Shown: positions 49,206 to 59,053 of the stretch, piece by piece
Position numbering within the stretch: position 1 is the first letter of the stretch
How the letters are laid out: each line of letters opens with the position of its first letter
From: an uncultured bacterium
GTDB lineage: Bacteria; Oederibacteriota; Oederibacteriia; Oederibacteriales; Oederibacteriaceae
Length of the DNA stretch: 64,000 nt
Direction: 5' to 3'
Assembly: GCA_965112635.1 (NCBI GenBank)
Contig: OZ218778.1
Location: forward strand, 352,001-416,000
Notes under the pieces: generated by a model
Database searches by the model: none
Told to the model about the DNA's origin: nothing
The model's input: only the letters and a program-made list of their open reading frames with translations
Program-made: the position numbers and the translations under genes

Positions 49206-49907
49206 ATGAAAAAACTCGAACAGTTCCTGATCGTTGTTGCTTTATCATTACTGGCCGCCTCAACTCTGACGGCCACACCTTCCACTCAGATTTGGAACCC
49301 TTCTACGGACATCCAGCCTCTAAACACCTTCCACCTGGGTATCGACAACTATTATTCCGTGGCTAACAATGCTAGCAAACCCTATGCGGCACCCACGGAT
49401 ATCGGCCTGACTACCGGAGTACTGATCCCCAACCTGGAGTTCGGTATGGATGCCCTGGAGCCGGCTACAGACCCGATTTTTTTTAACGCCAAGCTCGGCC
49501 TGGCTGAGAACGGTGTCTGGCCTGCACTGGCTATCGGAGCACAGGATTTCGGGACCAACGAGAATAAGACCGGCTACAACATCGGTTACGCTTTGGTGGC
49601 CAAGAACGCGGGGTCTTTGGGCAGGGTGTCTCTCGGGGGCTATTACGGCAACGATCAACTTCTGATGGATGAGAACGGGAACAAAGCCAACACCGGACTC
49701 ATCGCCTCTTGGGACAAGAACATCACGGACAAGGTCTGGCTGTCCGTGGACTACGCTTCGGGCCAAAGTTTTTACGGCGAGTTGAGCTTCGGCGGGTCCT
49801 ATAATTTCTCGGCTAACACCAGCGTCCTATTCGGGTATGTCATCTACAACAACACCACCTTGAACCCGAACAACCAGGTCACTACTCAGCTGGATATCAA
49901 TATTTAA
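49206..49907 (+). CDS. Hypothetical exported protein, probable outer-membrane beta-barrel
   Basis: Signal peptide, mature start TPSTQIW, amphipathic aromatic-rich beta-strands, terminal strand QLDINI. Confidence 0.7.
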   Translation: MKKLEQFLIVVALSLLAASTLTATPSTQIWNPSTDIQPLNTFHLGIDNYYSVANNASKPYAAPTDIGLTTGVLIPNLEFGMDALEPATDPIFFNAKLGLAENGVWPALAIGAQDFGTNENKTGYNIGYALVAKNAGSLGRVSLGGYYGNDQLLMDENGNKANTGLIASWDKNITDKVWLSVDYASGQSFYGELSFGGSYNFSANTSVLFGYVIYNNTTLNPNNQVTTQLDINI

Positions 49908-49913
49908 CTCGAA

Positions 49914-49965
49914 TGGGGGCATGGGGTTTTTCCACTCCTAGTTTTCACCCCTGTGCCCCCTTTTC
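49914..49965 (+). terminator. Terminator hairpin between convergent genes
   Basis: GGGGGCATGGGG...CCCCTGTGCCCCC followed by TTTT. Confidence 0.65.
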
Positions 49966-49982
49966 AACAAACTCAACCTTAG

Positions 49983-50684
49983 CTATTCGCTCTTTAACCT
50001 ATATCCGATACCGGGTTCGGTCAGGAGATAACGGGGCCGGCTGGGGTTGGCCTCGATTTTCTGGCGGAGCTGATGGATATAGATGCGCAAATAGTTGCTC
50101 TGCTCTTCCGTGGAGCCGGGCCCCCAAACTTCCTTTAATAGCTGTTTTTGAGTGACCACTTTGCCGGCATATTTGACCAGGATGACCAGCAGGCCGTATT
50201 CATTGGGTGTCAAATGGACCTCATCGTCTTTGAGGTAAACCAGCCTACCCACCAGGTCCACTTTAAGGTCCCCGGTTTCAAAAACCTTTTCCTCGGTCCC
50301 CAGTTTTATCCTCCGGCTGTGCCGCAGGGCCACCCGGATCCGGGCCATGAGCTCTCCCACATGAAAAGGCTTGGTCAGGTAATCGTCGGCTCCGGCATCC
50401 AGCCCCTTTATCTTGTCCTCATCCTTGCCCCGGGCTGTCAGCACAATGACCGGGACAGGGCTTTGCTCCCGCAATTTTTCGATCACTTCCAAGCCGTCCC
50501 TGTCCGGCAGGCCCAGATCCAAAAGGATCAGGTCAGGCTGGCGGGAAAACGCCAGGGAAAGCCCTTCGCTGCCGGACTCCGCTTCCAGCACCGCAAAACC
50601 CTGGGTCTGGAGCGATACTTCTAGGAACCGGCGTATGGGCTTTTCATCTTCAATGATCAGGATCATTTCTTTTTTCTCGGTCAC
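49983..50684 (-). CDS. kdpE: Response regulator KdpE
   Basis: LLDLGLPD, GADDYLTKPF, QLRQKIE.NPSRPRYLLTEPGIGYR. Confidence 0.96.
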   Translation of the reverse strand: MTEKKEMILIIEDEKPIRRFLEVSLQTQGFAVLEAESGSEGLSLAFSRQPDLILLDLGLPDRDGLEVIEKLREQSPVPVIVLTARGKDEDKIKGLDAGADDYLTKPFHVGELMARIRVALRHSRRIKLGTEEKVFETGDLKVDLVGRLVYLKDDEVHLTPNEYGLLVILVKYAGKVVTQKQLLKEVWGPGSTEEQSNYLRIYIHQLRQKIEANPSRPRYLLTEPGIGYRLKSE

Positions 50685-53371
50685 TTTTTGGCCTCGGTGA
50701 TAGGTTGGCTGGAAGACAGAGGCAGGCTCACTTCAAAAACCGCCCCTCCTGCGGGTTTATTGTCCACTTTGATGGTCCCTTGGTGGATATCCATAATGGC
50801 TTTGCAGATGGCCAGGCCCAGCCCGGCCCCGCCTTTATTGGCCTGCCTTTTCCCTCTGTAGAACTTGTCGAATAAATGTTCTATATCCTCCGGGGCGATC
50901 CCCGGTCCCTTGTCCGCCACCCGCAGGATCAGGCTGTCCTTTTCCACAGAGGCTGACAGGTCGATGCCTGTTTTTTCGGGGGTGTATTTGAGCGCGTTGT
51001 CCACCAGGTTGGCGATCACCAGCTCCATGAGCAAGGCATCCATCGGAGCCATGGGAAGGTCGGCTGGTATATGGGTGGTCACGTTGCGTCCCGTCATTTT
51101 TTGGTCGAACCGGCTCAGGGCTGACCCAACCACTTCTTCCACGGGACGCGGCTCCTTGTGGACTTCGACTTTGCCGGATTCCAGGCGGGTCATATCCAGG
51201 AGATTGTTGACCATCCGGCTCAGGCGTTCCGTTTCCTCATAAATATTTTCCAAAAGGTCTTTCCGGCTGCCGGCGTCAAGGCTGTCCCAGTTATCCAGGA
51301 GACTGCTGGCCGACCCGGTGATGGCTGCCAGGGGCGTCCGCAGGTCGTGGGAGACCGAGCTTAAAAGCGAACTGCGCAGCTGTTCGGTCTCGATCTGGAT
51401 CTGGTTTTGCTGGTTTTTCTCCGCCAGCTGGTCGCCAGCCACCGCTAGGGCTGTCTGGTGCGCAAAAGCCTCCAGCAAATGGAGCTGCTCGGGAATGTTC
51501 ATCCTCTCCGGATTAAGCGGTTTGACTCCTAGGACACCTACCGGTTCGCCCGTGGCGACGAGGGGCACATAGAGGGCTTCGGTCCCGGGCAGGGTATCGG
51601 TCCCCTTGCCGGCGATTTGCCCCAGGTCAAAGACCCAGTGGGCCACGGCCATTTCCTTGGGCGACTGGCTGAAATCGTCCGCCAGCCCCGCGCGCACCTG
51701 CAGCCGTCCGTCCGGCCCGGGCAGAAAGGCCGCCACCGAACTTTCAAAGACCTCGGCGATCTGCTTGACGGCGATCCCCAGCAGGTCGTCTGTCCCGCGG
51801 TTGATGGCCAGTTCCCGGCTCAACCCGTAAAGGGCGTTGGTCCGGCGTTCCCGCAGCCGCGAGATCTCGGCCTGGCGCCTGACCCGGATGGTGAGGTTGC
51901 TGATGGACAGCGCTGTGAACAGCATCACGCTGAACAGGAATAAATACTGATAATCGGAAACTGCAAAAGAAAACCGCGGGGCCACAAAAAAATAATCAAA
52001 ACACAGGACGCTCAGGACAGAGCCGACCGCCGAGGCTCCGATGCCCTCCCGGGAAGAAAGCAGGAGCACGCCCAGGAAGTAAACCATGATGATATTGGCC
52101 TGCGCCACATAGGGAAAGATCAGGTCGGCGATAAAAGTACAGGCCGCCACCACCAGCACGGCATAGAAATAGGAGGGCCAGGCAAACTTGATCTTGGGCC
52201 TATGAAATAAGGGTTTTTTGATCTTGCCCGTGGGATCTCCCCGGGTGGCATAGACGTCGATCTCTCCGCTTTGCCTCAGCAAATGGTCCACCGGCGAGCT
52301 GACGAACAGCCTTTTTAGAAAAGAATCCCTGGGTTTGCCCACGAAGATCTTGGTGATGTTCCTTTCGCGGGCATAGTTCATGACCTCTTCCGTGAAATCA
52401 TTCCCGCTCAGGACCGCGGTCTCGGCCCCCAGCTGCTCGGCCAGGCGCAGGTGCTGGATGGCCTGGTTGCGCACATTTTCCGGCAAACGGCTCTGGCCGG
52501 GCGTCTCAATATAAACCGCGATCCACTCGGCCCGCAGGCTTTTGGCCATCCGGTGGGCTGACCGCACCAAGTTGGCCGCGGAAGCGCTGGGGCTGACGCA
52601 TACCAGCAGGCGTTCGGTGGTGGGCCAGGTCTTGCCGGCCGATTCTTCCCGGCGGATATCCTGGACCTGGCGGTTGACCCGGTCCGCGGTCATGCGCAAA
52701 GCCAGTTCGCGCAATGCGGTCAGGTTACCTATTTTAAAAAAATTCTGGATGGCGGCCCTGGCCTGTTCGGGAATATAAACTTTGCCTTCCTGCAGCCGCT
52801 TGAGCAGTTCCTCAGGCGCCAGATCCACCAGTTCCAGTTCATCGGCCTGCTCTACCACCTTGTCCGGCAGGGTCTCCTTGACCTGGACGCCCGTGATCTG
52901 GGCCACAATGTCGTTGATGCTTTCCAGGTGCTGGACGTTGAGGGTGGTATAAACATGGATGCCGTTATCGAGCAGTTCCTGGACATCCTGCCAGCGTTTG
53001 ACATGGCGGGAGCCCTGGACATTGGTATGGGCCAGTTCATCGACCAGGATCAGGCCGGGCCGGCGCTTTAGGGCCCCGTCCAGGTCGAACTCCTTGAGTT
53101 TAAGACCGCGGTATTCTGTTTCCACCAGAGGCAGGGTCACGAGCCCCTCCAGGAGCGCGGCCGTATCCTGCCTGTTGTGGGTCTCTACGACCCCCACCAG
53201 GACGTCGGCCCCCTCTTTCTTTTTAGCCCGGGCCGCTTCCAGCATGGAATAGGTCTTGCCCACACCCGGCGAGGCGCCGAAAAATATCTTCAGCTGGCCG
53301 CGGGACTGGTCCTTTTGCTCCCGTTCCAGAGCTGCCAACAGCTGGTCAGGATCAGGTCGGTTTTCTTTCAT
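50681..53371 (-). CDS. kdpD: Sensor histidine kinase KdpD
   Basis: GASPGVGKTY, VDELAHTN, Usp domain, four TM, GAF, SHDLRTPL, GLGLAIC. Confidence 0.97.
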   Translation of the reverse strand: MKENRPDPDQLLAALEREQKDQSRGQLKIFFGASPGVGKTYSMLEAARAKKKEGADVLVGVVETHNRQDTAALLEGLVTLPLVETEYRGLKLKEFDLDGALKRRPGLILVDELAHTNVQGSRHVKRWQDVQELLDNGIHVYTTLNVQHLESINDIVAQITGVQVKETLPDKVVEQADELELVDLAPEELLKRLQEGKVYIPEQARAAIQNFFKIGNLTALRELALRMTADRVNRQVQDIRREESAGKTWPTTERLLVCVSPSASAANLVRSAHRMAKSLRAEWIAVYIETPGQSRLPENVRNQAIQHLRLAEQLGAETAVLSGNDFTEEVMNYARERNITKIFVGKPRDSFLKRLFVSSPVDHLLRQSGEIDVYATRGDPTGKIKKPLFHRPKIKFAWPSYFYAVLVVAACTFIADLIFPYVAQANIIMVYFLGVLLLSSREGIGASAVGSVLSVLCFDYFFVAPRFSFAVSDYQYLFLFSVMLFTALSISNLTIRVRRQAEISRLRERRTNALYGLSRELAINRGTDDLLGIAVKQIAEVFESSVAAFLPGPDGRLQVRAGLADDFSQSPKEMAVAHWVFDLGQIAGKGTDTLPGTEALYVPLVATGEPVGVLGVKPLNPERMNIPEQLHLLEAFAHQTALAVAGDQLAEKNQQNQIQIETEQLRSSLLSSVSHDLRTPLAAITGSASSLLDNWDSLDAGSRKDLLENIYEETERLSRMVNNLLDMTRLESGKVEVHKEPRPVEEVVGSALSRFDQKMTGRNVTTHIPADLPMAPMDALLMELVIANLVDNALKYTPEKTGIDLSASVEKDSLILRVADKGPGIAPEDIEHLFDKFYRGKRQANKGGAGLGLAICKAIMDIHQGTIKVDNKPAGGAVFEVSLPLSSSQPITEAKK

Positions 53372-53982
53372 GGATTAATCCTGCTTTCACCCTGTTCCGG
53401 ATTTTGGATGTTGTCCAAAGCCAGGTTCAAAGTTAACACATTTACCCTGTCCTCACCTAGGAAACCCCAGGTCCTTTTTTCGGTATATTTACGGATCAAA
53501 TACTCCACTAATTTTACATCCATTTTTCTCGCTTTGGCCACGCGCCCGGCCTGGAACCTGGCTGCTTCCGGGCTGATCTGGGGGTCCAAACCGCTGCCGG
53601 ACGCAGTGACCAGGTCTATGGGTATAGGCGCTTGGTTCCGGGGGTCCAGACGCTGCAGAGCCTGGACCCTGTCCTTGACTGCCTTGGCCAGATCAGGGTT
53701 CAAGGGCCCCAGGTTGGAACCGCTAGAATTAGCGGTATTATATGGAAAAGGAGAGGTGGCTGACATCCGTCCCCAGAAATACTTTGGCCCGCTGAAATCC
53801 TGGCCCAGCAGCTCTGAACCGACCTTCTGCCCGTTGTTTACCAGCAAACTGCCCTCGGCCTGCCAGGGGAAGAATGCCTTTCCCGCCAGCCACACGGCCC
53901 CGGGATAAACCACCCCGCACAAGATGGAAAACAGTACCAAAAAGATCAAACTTGTTTTGGAAAGTCTGTAGATCATCAACAT
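53368..53982 (-). CDS. kdpC: K+-transporting ATPase subunit C
   Basis: GSELLGQ, YFWGR, SGSNLGP, DLVTASGSGLDP, VNVLTLNLALD. Confidence 0.96.
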   Translation of the reverse strand: MLMIYRLSKTSLIFLVLFSILCGVVYPGAVWLAGKAFFPWQAEGSLLVNNGQKVGSELLGQDFSGPKYFWGRMSATSPFPYNTANSSGSNLGPLNPDLAKAVKDRVQALQRLDPRNQAPIPIDLVTASGSGLDPQISPEAARFQAGRVAKARKMDVKLVEYLIRKYTEKRTWGFLGEDRVNVLTLNLALDNIQNPEQGESRINP

Positions 53983-53994
53983 ATTAGCTTCCTC

Positions 53995-56067
53995 TCAAAC
54001 GAGTTTAAACCAGGTCAGGATCAGGTCTATAGCTTTGATCCCGGCAAAAGGCACGACAAACCCGCCCAGCCCATAAATTAAAAAATTGGTCCAGAGCAGG
54101 GAAGACGCGGTCGCCGGCCGGTAACGCACGCCCCGCAAAGCCAGGGGGATCAAAAACACAATGATCAGGGCGTTGAAGATGACCGCGGACATGATAGCGC
54201 TCTGGGGCGTGTGGAGACGCATGATATTCAGCGCCTGCAGCTCGGGGTAGGTCGTGACAAAAGCCGCGGGGATGATCGCGAAATACTTGGATACGTCATT
54301 GGCAATGGAAAAGGTGGTCAGAGAGCCACGCGTGATCAGGAGCTGCTTGCCTATCTTGACGATCTCGATCAGCTTGGTGGGGTTGGAATCCAGGTCCACC
54401 ATGTTACCCGCTTCTTTGGCGGCCTGGGTGCCCGTGTTCATGGCCACCGCCACGTCCGCCTGTGCCAGGGCCGGCGCGTCATTGGTCCCGTCCCCGGCCA
54501 TGGCCACCAGCCGGCCTCCGGCCTGGGAATCCCTGATCAGTTTAAGTTTGGCTTCCGGAGTGGCCTCGGCCAAAAAATCGTCCACCCCGGCCTCCGCCGC
54601 GATGGCCGCCGCGGTCAGGGGGTTGTCTCCCGTGATCATGACCGTTTTGATGCCCATACGCCGCAGCTCGGCGAACCGTTCCCTGATCCCGCCCTTCACG
54701 ATATCCTTGAGATGGATCACGCCCAGAACCTTATTATCCCTGGCCACCACTAAAGGCGTGCCACCCGACCGGGCGATGGTCATGGCCTGGGCCTTAACCT
54801 CGGCCGGGAATTCGCCTCCCTGCTGGCGCACAAAGATTTCAATGGCCTCGACCGCCCCCTTGCGCACGCTTTGGCCACCCAGGTTGATCCCGCTCATCCG
54901 GGTCTGGGCCGTAAAGGGTACAAAGGTGGCGTTGGTTTCTTTTATCTCTCTCTGGCGCAGCCCGTACTTTTCCTTGGCCAGGACCACAATACTGCGGCCC
55001 TCCGGCGTTTCATCCGCCAGCGAGGAAAGCTGGACTTCCTCAGCCAGGTTATTGATGGAGACACCCGGCGCGGGAATGAACTCCGTGGCCTGCCGGTTGC
55101 CCAGGGTGATGGTGCCGGTCTTGTCCAAAAGCAGGACATCCACATCTCCGGACGCTTCCACGGCCCGGCCCGACATGGCGATCACATTGGCCTGGATCAG
55201 CCGGTCCATGCCGGCAATGCCGATGGCGGATAAAAGCCCCCCGATGGTCGTAGGCGCCAAACACACAAAAAGGGCCACCAGTACGGTGACCGTGACAGTC
55301 TTGCCCGTTCCTGCCGAAAGCACGCTATAAATGGAAAAAGGAAGCAGGGTTGCGCAAACGATCAGGAAAACAATGGTCAAACCGGCCAAAAGGATGTTCA
55401 GAGCTATCTCATTGGGTGTTTTTTGCCTTTTGGCCCCTTCCACCAGGGAGATCATGCGGTCCAAAAACCCTTCCCCAGGGTCCGCGGTCACCCGAATGAC
55501 CAGCCAGTCGGACAGGATTCTGGTGCCGCCCGTGACCGCGCTGCGGTCCCCCCCGCTTTCCCGGATGACCGGAGCGCTCTCGCCGGTTACGGCGCTTTCG
55601 TCCACCATGGCGATCCCTTCCACGGCCTCGCCGTCAGCCGGGATCACTTCGCCGGCCTGCACCAAAACCCAGTCCCCTTTGCGCAGTTCTCCGGAAAGCA
55701 CGTCCGTAAAAGCCGCCTCTTTGTCCGGGCTCTTGAGTTTTTTGGAATGGATCACCTGCCGGGTCTGGCGCAGGGTCTCGGCCTGGGCCTTGCCCCGGCC
55801 TTCAGCCATGGCCTCGGCGAAGTTGGCGAACAGCACCGTGAACCACAGCCACACGGCCACGGCCAAGATAAACCCGGCTCCGGCCTCTCCCCTGCCCATC
55901 AACGCCTGGCAGCCCAGCCCGGTCGTTAAAAAACTTCCCACATAAACCGTGAACATCACCGGATTGCGCATCATGTTGCGGGGAGCCAGCTTAAGGAACG
56001 AATCCACCATTGCTTTTTTTAGTATCTGGGTATGAAAAATTTTAACTTTGGTCTGTTTTTCCGTCAT
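53995..56067 (-). CDS. kdpB: K+-transporting P-type ATPase subunit B
   Basis: [36 protein letters not shown]. Confidence 0.98.
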   Translation of the reverse strand: MTEKQTKVKIFHTQILKKAMVDSFLKLAPRNMMRNPVMFTVYVGSFLTTGLGCQALMGRGEAGAGFILAVAVWLWFTVLFANFAEAMAEGRGKAQAETLRQTRQVIHSKKLKSPDKEAAFTDVLSGELRKGDWVLVQAGEVIPADGEAVEGIAMVDESAVTGESAPVIRESGGDRSAVTGGTRILSDWLVIRVTADPGEGFLDRMISLVEGAKRQKTPNEIALNILLAGLTIVFLIVCATLLPFSIYSVLSAGTGKTVTVTVLVALFVCLAPTTIGGLLSAIGIAGMDRLIQANVIAMSGRAVEASGDVDVLLLDKTGTITLGNRQATEFIPAPGVSINNLAEEVQLSSLADETPEGRSIVVLAKEKYGLRQREIKETNATFVPFTAQTRMSGINLGGQSVRKGAVEAIEIFVRQQGGEFPAEVKAQAMTIARSGGTPLVVARDNKVLGVIHLKDIVKGGIRERFAELRRMGIKTVMITGDNPLTAAAIAAEAGVDDFLAEATPEAKLKLIRDSQAGGRLVAMAGDGTNDAPALAQADVAVAMNTGTQAAKEAGNMVDLDSNPTKLIEIVKIGKQLLITRGSLTTFSIANDVSKYFAIIPAAFVTTYPELQALNIMRLHTPQSAIMSAVIFNALIIVFLIPLALRGVRYRPATASSLLWTNFLIYGLGGFVVPFAGIKAIDLILTWFKLV

Positions 56068-57875
56068 GGTTTAAACCCGCCTCCCTGGAGCGCGATCATT
56101 TTAAGATGCTCGATCACGGGCCCTAACACCAGGGCCGGGATAAAGGTCAGGGCACCCACGATCACGACCACACAGGCCAGCATCAGGATGAACAGCGGAG
56201 TATGGGTGGGCAGGGTCCCGGAACTGGAGGGCACGATCTTTTTGGCGGCCAGGCTCCCGCTGATGGCCAGCACCGGAAGGGCCATCCAGAACCGGCCCAG
56301 CCACATGGCCACGCCTCCCAGAAAATTGTAAAAATAAGTGTTTCCGTTGAGCCCGGCGAAAGCGCTGCCGTTATTATTGACCATGGAAGTGAAAGCGTAC
56401 AGGACCTGGCTGAAGCCATGCGGCCCGGGATTGGTCATCCCCGCCCTGCCCGCTGCCGTGATCACCCCGATCGCGGTATAGACCAGTACGAGCACAGGCA
56501 TGATCAGGATAGCCACGGTCGCCATTTTCATCTCATAGGCCTGGATCTTTTTACCCAGGTATTCGGGGGTGCGGCCGACCATCAGGCCGGCGATGAACAC
56601 GGTCAGGATCACGAAAACCAGCATGCCGTACAAACCACACCCCACCCCGCCGAACACCACCTCTCCCATATGCATCATCCACAGGGGCACCAATCCGCCC
56701 AGCGGTGTATAGGAATCATGCATGGCGTTGACAGCGCCGCAGGAGGTCGTGGTGGTGAATGTGGTGAACAGGCAGGAACCTACGATGCCAAAACGCGTTT
56801 CTTTGCCTTCCATATTGGGCACGGACTGGGAACTAGACACCAGGTTCTGCAGGACCGGATTGCCCCGCTGTTCAGACCAGACACACAGTAAAAGCATGGG
56901 AATAAAAAGGAGGAACATGGCTAAAAGCAAGGCCCGGCCCTGGCGCCTGTCCCCTACCATATCCCCAAAGGTAAAACACAGGGCGGTGGGGATCAACACC
57001 AAAGACAAAATTTCTAAGAAATTGGAAAGCGGTGTGGGATTTTCATAAGGGTGGGCTGAATTGGTATTAAAAAACCCGCCTCCATTGGTACCCAACAATT
57101 TGATCGCTTCCTGGGAAGCGACCGGTCCAAGGGGCACGGCCTGCTCCTTGACCAAAACTTTTTCCATTTTAGGTTTCCCCTGTTTGTCCAAGACCGGAGC
57201 CCCGGCCCCGTCCACCACTGCCTGGTCATAGGTGTTAGGTTGGAGCAAAGAAACCTTTTGGTAGGGTTTAAAGCTTTGGGGCACTCCCTGCCAGATGAGG
57301 ATCCCCGAGTATATGAAAGAAAGCGGCAGGAGGATGTACAGGGTGATCTTCATCATATCGACCCAATAATTCCCCACTTTGTCTGTCTGCTTGCGGGTCA
57401 GCCCCCGGATCAGGGCCAGCAGTACGGCGATGCCCGTGGCCGCCGACAAAAAGTTGTGCACCGCCAGGCCCAGCATCTGGGTCAAATAACTCATGGTCGT
57501 TTCCCCGCCGTAATTTTGCCAGTTGGTATTGGTGATAAAGCTCACGGCCGTATTAAAAGAAAGGTCACCGGCCACGGCTGGAAAATGCTGGGGATTCAAG
57601 GGGAGCCAGGCCTGGCACCGTTCCAAAAAGTAGATGATGAGCCCGCCCAGAGCGCTGAACAACAGCATGGACAGGCCGTATTCTTTCCAATCCATTTCCT
57701 CGTCAGGACGTATGCCGGCCAGACGGTAAAAGGACCTTTCCAGCGGACCCATCCATTTTTCCAGAAAGAACGGCTTCTCTCCAAAGACCCGGGCCATATA
57801 CCAGCCTAAAGGTTTGGCTGCGAGAACTAAAATAAAAATAAAAAAACTGATCTGTAGCAACTGATTGCTATTCAT
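56064..57875 (-). CDS. kdpA: K+-transporting ATPase subunit A
   Basis: [50 protein letters not shown]. Confidence 0.97.
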   Translation of the reverse strand: MNSNQLLQISFFIFILVLAAKPLGWYMARVFGEKPFFLEKWMGPLERSFYRLAGIRPDEEMDWKEYGLSMLLFSALGGLIIYFLERCQAWLPLNPQHFPAVAGDLSFNTAVSFITNTNWQNYGGETTMSYLTQMLGLAVHNFLSAATGIAVLLALIRGLTRKQTDKVGNYWVDMMKITLYILLPLSFIYSGILIWQGVPQSFKPYQKVSLLQPNTYDQAVVDGAGAPVLDKQGKPKMEKVLVKEQAVPLGPVASQEAIKLLGTNGGGFFNTNSAHPYENPTPLSNFLEILSLVLIPTALCFTFGDMVGDRRQGRALLLAMFLLFIPMLLLCVWSEQRGNPVLQNLVSSSQSVPNMEGKETRFGIVGSCLFTTFTTTTSCGAVNAMHDSYTPLGGLVPLWMMHMGEVVFGGVGCGLYGMLVFVILTVFIAGLMVGRTPEYLGKKIQAYEMKMATVAILIMPVLVLVYTAIGVITAAGRAGMTNPGPHGFSQVLYAFTSMVNNNGSAFAGLNGNTYFYNFLGGVAMWLGRFWMALPVLAISGSLAAKKIVPSSSGTLPTHTPLFILMLACVVVIVGALTFIPALVLGPVIEHLKMIALQGGGFKP

Positions 57876-57964
57876 CAGAACCACTCCGGTTTTAACAAGG
57901 CCAGCACCAGATAAGCGAACAAACCAGCCGCAATGAGACCGCTGATGATATATAGAAGGCTCAT
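57875..57964 (-). CDS. kdpF: K+-transporting ATPase subunit F (29 aa)
   Basis: MSLLYIISGLIAAGLFAYLVLALLKPEWF. Its TGA overlaps the kdpA ATG. Confidence 0.92.
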   Translation of the reverse strand: MSLLYIISGLIAAGLFAYLVLALLKPEWF

Positions 57965-58059
57965 GACTCTTCTCCCCTCAAAACTCCGAAAGCTTCCAGC
58001 ACCAGCACCGTCACAGCCGTCAACCCTAGGAAAAGGACAACGCAGATCAAATCCAGCAT
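57961..58059 (-). CDS. Small hydrophobic peptide upstream of kdpF (32 aa)
   Basis: MLDLICVVLFLGLTAVTVLVLEAFGVLRGEES, ATGA overlap with kdpF, SD GGGAGAG. Confidence 0.75.
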   Translation of the reverse strand: MLDLICVVLFLGLTAVTVLVLEAFGVLRGEES

Positions 58060-58081
58060 AAACTCTCCCGTTCTTTCCCCA

Positions 58082-58228
58082 TTAACTGGGCTTGGTTAGT
58101 ATCCTGACCAGAACCAGAGTGCAAACAACGACTATAAGAACCTCGATTTTGGATGCGCCCCCGCCTTGGTCTTGAACATCGGCTAACACGGGTGGTACTA
58201 GCACCCACAAACCCATCAACATCGTCAT
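58082..58228 (-). CDS. Small hydrophobic protein (48 aa) at the head of the kdp operon
   Basis: MTMLMGLWVLVPPVLADVQDQGGGASKIEVLIVVVCTLVLVRILTKPS, SD GAGGG. Confidence 0.55.
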   Translation of the reverse strand: MTMLMGLWVLVPPVLADVQDQGGGASKIEVLIVVVCTLVLVRILTKPS

Positions 58229-58270
58229 AACACCCTCTCTCTTTCTGTACCTATTTAACATCTATCAGGC

Positions 58271-58286
58271 ATTAAGATGCTGTTAA
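58271..58286 (-). promoter_or_regulatory. Putative KdpE box upstream of the kdp operon
   Basis: Minus strand TTAACAGCATCTTAAT, with TTAA(C/T) half-sites 11 nt apart (OmpR-family geometry). Confidence 0.65.
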
Positions 58287-58374
58287 AATTAACGGGAAAA
58301 TGGAAAAAATGCTTCAAAATGGGGCAGGTTTTTTATGGTAAAATGACCGAATTCTATATCACAGGAGGATATTC

Positions 58375-59049
58375 ATGGCTCGCTTCACCAGGCTCCAGGT
58401 CTTGAACACCATGCATGAAACCGGTTTGGTCCCTGTTTTCTATCATAAGGATCCCCAGGTGGTCAAAGAAGTGGCTAAAGCCTGCTTTAAAGGCGGCTCT
58501 CCCCTCCTGGAATTTACCAACCGTGCTGACCTGGCCTACCTCAACTTCGTGGAACTAGAAAAATACTGCGCTGCTGAACTACCCGGTCTGATCACGGGTG
58601 TGGGGTCCGTGGTGGACGCCGGAACAGCGGCCCTCTATATCAACAGCGGCGCCAATTTTGTGGTGGGCCCGGTCTTGAACCCTGACGTGGCTAAAACCTG
58701 CAACCGCCGCAAAGTCCCCTACTCACCCGGCTGCGGTTCGGTGAGCGAAATATCCCAGGCTGAGGAATGGGGCTGCGAGATCGTCAAGATATTCCCGGGC
58801 AAGGAAGTCGGCGGCCCCAGCTTTGTCAAAGCCGTCAAGGCTCCCTGCCCCTGGACCACCCTCATGCCCACGGGAGGGGTGGACATTACCGAGGAATCTT
58901 TGTCCGCCTGGTTTCAGGCCGGCGTGGCCTGCGTGGGAGTGGGCGGCAACCTCATCACCAAAGAACTTTTGGCCAAAAAAGACTATAGTGGCATCAGCCG
59001 CAACGTGGAAAAAGCTTTGAAGCTCATCAAGAAAGTAAGGGGCCGCTAG
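58375..59049 (+). CDS. eda: KDPG/KHG aldolase
   Basis: LEFTNR, GVGSV, VKIFPG, MPTGGV. Confidence 0.9.
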   Translation: MARFTRLQVLNTMHETGLVPVFYHKDPQVVKEVAKACFKGGSPLLEFTNRADLAYLNFVELEKYCAAELPGLITGVGSVVDAGTAALYINSGANFVVGPVLNPDVAKTCNRRKVPYSPGCGSVSEISQAEEWGCEIVKIFPGKEVGGPSFVKAVKAPCPWTTLMPTGGVDITEESLSAWFQAGVACVGVGGNLITKELLAKKDYSGISRNVEKALKLIKKVRGR

Positions 59050-59053
59050 CCTT

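Noticed and set aside
54254-55945. Long antisense ORFs over kdpB, and similar ones over other genes (e.g. 22881-23747, 42283-43152)
   Set aside because: These are shadow ORFs of GC-rich codon usage opposite well-supported genes, with no recognisable motifs.
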